61,424 nt of DNA from Bacteroidales bacterium (GTDB lineage: Bacteria; Bacteroidota; Bacteroidia; Bacteroidales; VadinHA17). Of the stretch, positions 55,250 through 61,424 are shown piece by piece (positions within the stretch are counted from its first letter, which is position 1; each line of letters begins with the position of its first letter). A program made the position numbers and the translations under genes. The notes under the pieces were generated by a model. It ran no database searches, was not told the DNA's origin, and saw only the letters and a list, made by a program, of their open reading frames with translations. The stretch lies in contig PLML01000190.1 of the NCBI GenBank assembly GCA_003141525.1, positions 8,165-69,588 on the forward strand. Direction: 5' to 3'.

Positions 55250-57640
55250 ATGTCAAGTCTCATTTCAGGCTATGAATACGACATCTTTATCAGCTACCGT
55301 CACAACGATAATCTGGATGGCTGGGTATTTGACTTTGTACAGAATCTGGAGAAGGAATTGAAGGGCGCCATCAAGGAACCCGTCTCCATTTATTTCGACA
55401 CCAACCCACACGACGGCCTGCTCGAAACCCATAACGTAGACAAGAGCCTTGAAGGTAAACTTAAGTGCTTGATTTTCATCCCCATCATCTCTCAAACCTA
55501 TTGCAACCCAAAAAGTTTTGCCTGGCAACATGAGTTCGCTGCCTTTAATAAAATGGCAAAGGAAGATCAGTTCGGAAGAGATATAAAACTTACCAGTGGT
55601 AATGTAGCCAGCAGAATATTACCGGTTAAAATTCATGAACTTGATGCAGAAGATAAAATCCTTCTCGAAAATGAATTAGGAGGAGTTTTACGATCGATTG
55701 AATTTATTTATAAAGCATCAGGGGTTAACCGTCCTTTAAAACCGAATGACGAACGGTCAGAAAATATAAATCATACCTACTATCGAGATCAGATCAATAA
55801 GGTGGCAAACGCTGTCAAAGAAATCATTACTGCAATAAAGAAACATAATCAGCAGGATGGAGAAATTTCAAAGGAGGTTTTTAAATCAAAACCAGATAGG
55901 CCAAAAAATCTGAAACCAGGAATCATTATAGCATCTTTTTTATTACTGGCATTAATAATTCTGGGATATTTCTTAATCCCAAAAGTATTTAAATCCTCTG
56001 GACCGGTTGAAAAATCTATTGCCGTTTTACCCTTTAGAAATGACAGTCCTAATGACTCAACCACCTATTTCATTAACGGTATAATGGATGAGGTCCTTAA
56101 TAATCTGCAAAAAATTAAAGATTTCAGGGTCCTTTCGCGCACATCTACAGAGCAATACAGGGGTTCAGCTAAACTCACAATTCCAAAAATCGCAAAAGAG
56201 CTGGGTGTGAATTATATTGTCGAAGGAAGCGGACAAAAATATGGTAATAAGTTCGTTCTGCGAGTACAATTAATAGCTGCTGATTATGAAAGACATCTCT
56301 GGGCAAAATCCTATGACCGGGAAATACAGGAAACAAGTGATATTATTAGTATACAAAGCGAAATTGCCCAGTCAATCGCATCTGAACTGAAGGTAATAAT
56401 AACTCCTGAGGTAAAACAGCTCATTGAAAAAACACCTACAGCAAACCTGACAGCATACGATTTTTACCAGAGAGGAAGAGATGAATATATAAAATATCTG
56501 ACTAGTGGGGAGACATCTAATTATTATCAGACTACTGGGAACAAGGCAATACTGCAAAAAGCCGAAGATTTTTATCATAAAGCACTGAAATATGATTCCA
56601 CTTTCGCTCAGGCATATACAGGTCTGGCCAGGGCATATTGGGAAAAGCATTTTGAGGAAAAATATTTTTCGGAAAATTATATGGATTCTGTTCTTGTCCT
56701 GTGTGATATTGCTCTTTCTTTTGATAATCAATTGGCTGAAGCTTATACTATCAGGGGAAGATATTATGATAGGCTAGGTAAACCAGAACAAGCTTTAAAA
56801 GAATATGATAAAGCATTAAAAATCAATCCTAATTCCTGGGAAGCCTATGTTGGTAAAGGATATTTGTATTGGGATAAAGACTTTATAAAATCAATTGAAA
56901 ATCTGCAAAAAGCTGCAACCCTTAATCATGGATCAGAATTATCTGGTTTATTAGGAAACATTTCATTTGAATACGGTGAAGCTGGCTTTATAGAGAAATC
57001 CAAATACTATGATCTTGAAGTGTTTAAATTGGATGGCGATTCAGTTAGATATTTAACCAGTTTAGGTAAGACTGAAGCTGGCGAGGGAAATTACAAAAAA
57101 GCTATTGAATTTCTGGAAAAGGGATATACTTTGAATTCTAACTATACTGACATTCTGGGGGCGTTAGCAAGCTGTTACATGTCCCTGGGTCAATACGAAG
57201 AATCATTAAAATATAACATTAAATATATTGAAAGATTAAAAGCTCTTGGACCGATTACAGGATACGGTATGGCTGGAGTTGGATATGCTTACTGGAAAAA
57301 TGGATACAAGAAAGAAGCTGAATATTATTTCAATGAACAATTAAATTATTGTAACAGGTCGATTGAATTGAGACGACCGCTGGAATTTTATACCCATTAT
57401 GATCTTGCAGGTGTATATGCATTCAGAGGAGATAAAGACAAAGCATATAAAAACTTAAAGATTTTTAATCAAAAGCAATTAATTCCAAAGTGGATTGTAA
57501 CGTTAATAAAAGATGATCCTTTATTCGCTGGACTCAGGAATGAACCGGAGTTTCAGCAGATTGTAAGGGATGTGGAAGCAAAATACCAGGCAGAGCATGA
57601 GAGAGTAAGGAAATGGCTTGAGGAGCAAGGGATGCTGTAA
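55250..57640 (+). CDS. TIR-domain / single TM / periplasmic TolB-N-like module / TPR-repeat protein
   Basis: YDIFISYRHNDN and the FAWQHEF (W-x-x-E) motifs of TIR_2-type domains. TM IIIASFLLLALIILGYFLI. KSIAVLPFRNDSPNDSTTYFINGIMDEVLNNL module. Multiple TPR repeats run to the C-terminus. Confidence 0.8.
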   Translation: MSSLISGYEYDIFISYRHNDNLDGWVFDFVQNLEKELKGAIKEPVSIYFDTNPHDGLLETHNVDKSLEGKLKCLIFIPIISQTYCNPKSFAWQHEFAAFNKMAKEDQFGRDIKLTSGNVASRILPVKIHELDAEDKILLENELGGVLRSIEFIYKASGVNRPLKPNDERSENINHTYYRDQINKVANAVKEIITAIKKHNQQDGEISKEVFKSKPDRPKNLKPGIIIASFLLLALIILGYFLIPKVFKSSGPVEKSIAVLPFRNDSPNDSTTYFINGIMDEVLNNLQKIKDFRVLSRTSTEQYRGSAKLTIPKIAKELGVNYIVEGSGQKYGNKFVLRVQLIAADYERHLWAKSYDREIQETSDIISIQSEIAQSIASELKVIITPEVKQLIEKTPTANLTAYDFYQRGRDEYIKYLTSGETSNYYQTTGNKAILQKAEDFYHKALKYDSTFAQAYTGLARAYWEKHFEEKYFSENYMDSVLVLCDIALSFDNQLAEAYTIRGRYYDRLGKPEQALKEYDKALKINPNSWEAYVGKGYLYWDKDFIKSIENLQKAATLNHGSELSGLLGNISFEYGEAGFIEKSKYYDLEVFKLDGDSVRYLTSLGKTEAGEGNYKKAIEFLEKGYTLNSNYTDILGALASCYMSLGQYEESLKYNIKYIERLKALGPITGYGMAGVGYAYWKNGYKKEAEYYFNEQLNYCNRSIELRRPLEFYTHYDLAGVYAFRGDKDKAYKNLKIFNQKQLIPKWIVTLIKDDPLFAGLRNEPEFQQIVRDVEAKYQAEHERVRKWLEEQGML

Positions 57641-57670
57641 TTTTATATTCTCAAATTCAACAATTAGATT

Positions 57671-57724
57671 CCCAATTCCCCAACCATCAGATTAGATTGT
57701 ATAATACTCTATATCAATTATATA
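57671..57724. repeat. Copy B of the ~54-nt dispersed intergenic repeat
   Basis: See 50253-50306. It lies 31 nt downstream of the TIR-TPR gene stop. Confidence 0.5.
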
Positions 57725-58172
57725 CGATATGGTAATAACTCTATATAAGAGCATTTTTGTCCCATATCCGCAACTTTCAATCTCCCTATAGTATTCTGCA
57801 ATTACGAAAAACAATTTCTTAATATCTTAAATACAGCATATTAAATAGTATATTTCTAAATGCAATTTATTTTAACCTTATAAATCAAAGTATCAATTAT
57901 GCAACACCATTATCAGGGATTTTGGGAAGAATAAAATTGATTTTGAATTAAAGTAGGTGTAATTTTGATAGCAATTTGAATTAATTCAAAACTTTAATGG
58001 GCAGGTTGTTATAGGTTAAAAAGCCATGAATCATTGAACAGATTAAGCATAAAAACAAAGTTCAAGGATTAGCTTTTGTAGTCTTTAACAAAATTGATAA
58101 GTTATGGGAAGCCGAAATTAATGGGAGTCTCATATGTTTAGTGATATATATTTAATGTTTAATTTAATTATT

Positions 58173-59666
58173 ATGAAAAAGAACGAGAAAACAAAAAGTC
58201 AAAAGGCTAAGAGTCTGTCGAGGCGGAATTTTATCAGCACATTTGGTGCGGCTTCAGCTGCATTTACTATTATCCCGCGTTACACGTTGGGTGGGATCGG
58301 TTATACTGCCCCCAGCGACCTGCTTAATATCGCAGGGATCGGAGTTGGAGGTCGGGGAGTTGATGATATACAGGCGATATGCAGTCCTGAGGTGGATGAA
58401 CGGCAGCTTCAACATATAACCTATGCTGACGAATCTTCCAATTCATCACAAACCACTTCTGCACGCCGGGCAGCAAGAGAACCTGTTAAGCTTGCTAACA
58501 TCTATGCATTATGTGATGTGGATGAGGAAAGAGCATTCCGAACTTTTAAGGGTTATCCCAAAGCGAAGATCTATAAGGATTTCCGGCAGATGCTTGAAAA
58601 AGAAAGATCAATAGATGCGGTCGTTATTGCTACACCAGACCATACACACGCCGTCGCTTCAATGATGGCCATTAAGATGGGGAAGCATGTTTATTGTGAA
58701 AAGCCTTTAACTCATACCGTATTTGAAGCCCGTGCATTGGCCAAGGCGGCAAAAGAAGCTAAGGTAGTCACACAGATGGGAAACCAGGGTATGGCTCATG
58801 ATGCCAACCGGCAGCTCAAGGAATGGCTATGGGACGGAGCAATTGGCCAGGTGCGTGAAGTGCATGCCTGGTCCAACCGCCCTATCTGGCCGCAGGGTAT
58901 TGGCCGGCCCGGGGATACTCCCCCTGTGCCTCGTAAACTTGACTGGGACTTATGGCTTGGACCATCCCCTTATCGACCTTACAATCCGGCCTATGTGCCT
59001 TTTGCCTGGAGAGGCTGGTTTGATTTCGGAAGTGGAGCCATAGGGGACGAGGCTATTCATAACCTTGCTCCTGTATTTACCTCCTTAAAGCTGACTGCCC
59101 CCATACGTATCCAGGGAAGTTCTTCACCCATCTTTCCGGAAACATTTCCACTTGCTTCTTTGATTCACTTTGAGTTTGCTGCTCGTGGTAAAATGCCTCC
59201 GATAACAGTACATTGGTATGATGGAGGCCTCCTGCCCGAAAGGCCCAGGGAGCTTGATGCGGATGCTGTGAATGGCGTTTACAGTGAAGAAGTGCCGGAC
59301 TGGGATACGGAAAATGGCGTCATTTTTGTCGGTGATAAAGGGAAGCTCCTTTCGCGGGGGGAAGGAACAGAAACACTAAGGTTCATACCTAATTCAAGGA
59401 TGAAAGATTATAAGCCACCAAAACCATACTTGCCGCGTTCTATTGGGCATCACAAGGAATGGATCGAAGCTTGCAAGGGAAATGGAACAACTGAATCTAA
59501 TTTCGGCTTTGCCGGGCAATTGACCGAAGCATGTCAACTCGGAAATATCTGTTTAAGAATGGGTGGCAAAGAAATCGAATGGGATTCGGAAAAATTTAAA
59601 ATTACCAATAACGAGGAAGCCAATAAGCTTCTTCAAATTGAATACCGGAATGGGTGGAGTTTGTAA
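58173..59666 (+). CDS. Tat-exported Gfo/Idh/MocA-family oxidoreductase
   Basis: Twin-arginine signal SRRNFISTFGAASAAF. Rossmann motif NIAGIGVGGRG. EKPLTH motif typical of the family. I prefer the ATG at 58173 to the track start at 58134. Higher G+C than the flanks. Confidence 0.85.
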   Translation: MKKNEKTKSQKAKSLSRRNFISTFGAASAAFTIIPRYTLGGIGYTAPSDLLNIAGIGVGGRGVDDIQAICSPEVDERQLQHITYADESSNSSQTTSARRAAREPVKLANIYALCDVDEERAFRTFKGYPKAKIYKDFRQMLEKERSIDAVVIATPDHTHAVASMMAIKMGKHVYCEKPLTHTVFEARALAKAAKEAKVVTQMGNQGMAHDANRQLKEWLWDGAIGQVREVHAWSNRPIWPQGIGRPGDTPPVPRKLDWDLWLGPSPYRPYNPAYVPFAWRGWFDFGSGAIGDEAIHNLAPVFTSLKLTAPIRIQGSSSPIFPETFPLASLIHFEFAARGKMPPITVHWYDGGLLPERPRELDADAVNGVYSEEVPDWDTENGVIFVGDKGKLLSRGEGTETLRFIPNSRMKDYKPPKPYLPRSIGHHKEWIEACKGNGTTESNFGFAGQLTEACQLGNICLRMGGKEIEWDSEKFKITNNEEANKLLQIEYRNGWSL

Positions 59667-59728
59667 ATTATAATCATTTATTATACCATATTAAATCAAT
59701 AATGAATTAATAAATCGGTAAACCCCTC

Positions 59729-59836
59729 ATGTTGTTTAATGGGAAAGACCTGTCCGGATGGAAATTGGTTAACGAAAATGGGAAAAATCCTTTTCATGTT
59801 GTTGATGGAGTATTAGTTAAGGATCCTGTCAGATAA
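59729..59836 (+). pseudogene. 35-codon relic resembling the N-terminus of a DUF1080 (3-keto-disaccharide hydrolase-like) domain
   Basis: MLFNGKDLSGWKLVNENGKNPFHVVDGVLVKDPVR-stop. FNGKDLSGW....W.V.DGVL is the characteristic DUF1080 start. Such genes commonly neighbour Gfo/Idh/MocA genes. Confidence 0.45.
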
Positions 59837-59904
59837 AACTTAACATACATAAATTAACAATAAGTATTAACTCCGGTTAATGTTGGTCAATTTACTCCGG
59901 ACAG

Positions 59905-61424
59905 CTATTTGTCTTCTCTAAAATCAGGGTCCATATCAGGGGTTCTCAATCCTGCTACTTCATCTGCCATTAGTATAAAAACATTCCAGCACAATCCTTT
60001 GGTAGATGGCCACCAGCTATCTGTCGTGGTCCATTTTGTAGGCGTAAATTCTTTACTGAAGGGCCATTTGGGATTAAGGTAAATCTCTGCCCACACCCTG
60101 TTTTCCATCAACATTGTTGCTTTCTTCCATCCATGTTTTAATCCTACCACATAAGCGCAATACTCCGGCCTGAACCAACTGCCGCCATTATAATAAAACC
60201 CATCACTTTCCCCGTTGCTATAATTTTCTTCACCAAATTTTTCAAAAGGCTGATAATCTCCACTGAAATAGGCAAATCCTTTCGCATCATTTGTTAACCT
60301 TATACAGATGGGTGCAGTAGTCCCATATTCCGGGTGAGGTGAGTTGGGTACTTTATTTAGAACGGGTATTTGATCCAAATGATTTATTACCATTTCATCT
60401 GTTAACATTGGCCTGTTGAATAACCATAAAGAAAAGAATTCCGGTTCCAGGTCAGTAAGGGAAATGATGTCGGGATAATTCCGGTCGAACAGTAAATGCT
60501 TTCTTTTTGTATCGTAAAAATTTTGGTATTCTTTTTCAGCCTTTTGGATATAAGCTTCGGAAATATCAAAACCCAATTCTTTTATTGTTCTTAATGCGAT
60601 GGCCAGCATGCCCTGGTTAACACCAAGCCGGTCTGTTTTAGGATTAAAATCAACAATATCTACCTGGCTCAAAGAAAAATGTGCTTTGCATTTTCCGTCT
60701 CTGTCGGCATCAAATTCATTTAATACATAATCAACTGATTTTTTAATTTTTTCCTGCGGAAGTGTAATGCCGAACCGACGTTTGTTCATCATTGCCCAGA
60801 TCAGCCATTCGATGGTGGCTTCGTTGTCTTTTGCCTCGACCGATCCCATAAGTGGTGTGATAATAGTGCCAATACCGCCTTTGGGAGTTTGTGTTTTGCC
60901 CCATTCTTCCCAGATGGCAAGGTTCAACTCTTTATTGTAAGATGCTATAGTAGAAAAAAAAGAATCCCTGTTGTACATATCCGGTGCATAATTCATATTG
61001 GGCACATTAAACGGCGTAAAATCTTTTACATCTGTAATCCAGGTAAGCATATTAAAGTTGGCATACAACATTTTTTCTATCAGCGATCCTTTAAAACCTT
61101 TCCCTTCGGCTAACCGTGACTGAGAAGAGATCATAAATTGTTGATGCGATTTCCATGGTTCAACAAAAACATAGGTAGTTTTCTCCACTTTTTCACCAAG
61201 CGGAAGTATGTTGTAAGGCTCGTGTTGCGGTTGGTGTTCTACAAATTGCAGATCTTTTATCTGTAGCTTACATTCTTTTCCTGATTGAGTGCCAATGAAC
61301 ATGGATACACTATCATTTTCAATATAAGGCACTAATATACTTCCTTTAAAAAGCGTCCATTCGTTTTCGACCGAAGGAAAGTTATCAATGTACTTTACCC
61401 CATCTTCCAGTTCAATGGTTTTTT
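59905..61424 (-). CDS. Hypothetical protein, possibly an (alpha/alpha)6-barrel glycoside-hydrolase-like enzyme; 5' end beyond the window
   Basis: The frame stays open upstream of the track start (..KKTIELEDGVKYIDNFPSVENEWTLFKGSILVPYIEND..), so the gene is 5'-partial. FYYNGGSWFRPEY resembles the GDE_C/GH-type YHNG(G)xW motif. The product call is weak. Confidence 0.6.
   Translation of the reverse strand, partial: KTIELEDGVKYIDNFPSVENEWTLFKGSILVPYIENDSVSMFIGTQSGKECKLQIKDLQFVEHQPQHEPYNILPLGEKVEKTTYVFVEPWKSHQQFMISSQSRLAEGKGFKGSLIEKMLYANFNMLTWITDVKDFTPFNVPNMNYAPDMYNRDSFFSTIASYNKELNLAIWEEWGKTQTPKGGIGTIITPLMGSVEAKDNEATIEWLIWAMMNKRRFGITLPQEKIKKSVDYVLNEFDADRDGKCKAHFSLSQVDIVDFNPKTDRLGVNQGMLAIALRTIKELGFDISEAYIQKAEKEYQNFYDTKRKHLLFDRNYPDIISLTDLEPEFFSLWLFNRPMLTDEMVINHLDQIPVLNKVPNSPHPEYGTTAPICIRLTNDAKGFAYFSGDYQPFEKFGEENYSNGESDGFYYNGGSWFRPEYCAYVVGLKHGWKKATMLMENRVWAEIYLNPKWPFSKEFTPTKWTTTDSWWPSTKGLCWNVFILMADEVAGLRTPDMDPDFREDK

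Noticed and set aside
1-61424. Search by eye for CRISPR arrays, tRNA/rRNA genes, transposases, integrases and reverse transcriptases
   Set aside because: I saw no regularly spaced 25-40-nt direct repeats, no tRNA-like GTTCGAATC-type T-arm in a non-coding context, and no ORF with DDE, tyrosine-recombinase or RT motifs. This absence is based on manual inspection only and should be confirmed with tRNAscan-SE, Infernal, CRISPR detection tools and ISEScan.

Overview
This is a Bacteroidota-like chromosomal segment. By eye it is about one-third G+C, and it carries SusC/SusD genes, a moxR-DUF58-batABCDE operon and TAnnTTTG-type promoter boxes.

Left third: a signal-less molybdopterin oxidoreductase locus, then the complete Bat/MoxR operon, then a visibly GC-richer histidine kinase / response regulator / TPR-PD40 module bracketed by ~100-nt direct repeats.

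Centre (25.3-43.1 kb), the most unusual part: a 15-kb co-directional array of a TolC-like protein, an atypical adaptor-like protein, seven large ABC-2-type permease paralogues and two near-identical ATPases. It is divergently paired with a soluble histidine kinase and an NtrC-type sigma-54 activator. The shared control region holds a -24/-12-like element and ATTTGGG repeats. One permease carries an in-frame TAG.

Right third: an AT-rich, ORF-poor patchwork of orphan membrane proteins, a nucleoside hydrolase-FmdE fusion, an inverted paralogue pair and a Cys-rich MerR regulator. Next comes a decayed susC/susD pair flanked by a TIR-gene 5' fragment and an intact TIR-TM-TPR gene. The window ends with a GC-richer Tat-exported Gfo/Idh/MocA oxidoreductase and a glycoside-hydrolase-like gene.

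I recognised no rRNA, tRNA, CRISPR array, transposase or integrase. All family assignments come from motif recognition and hand alignment without tools and need profile searches to confirm.
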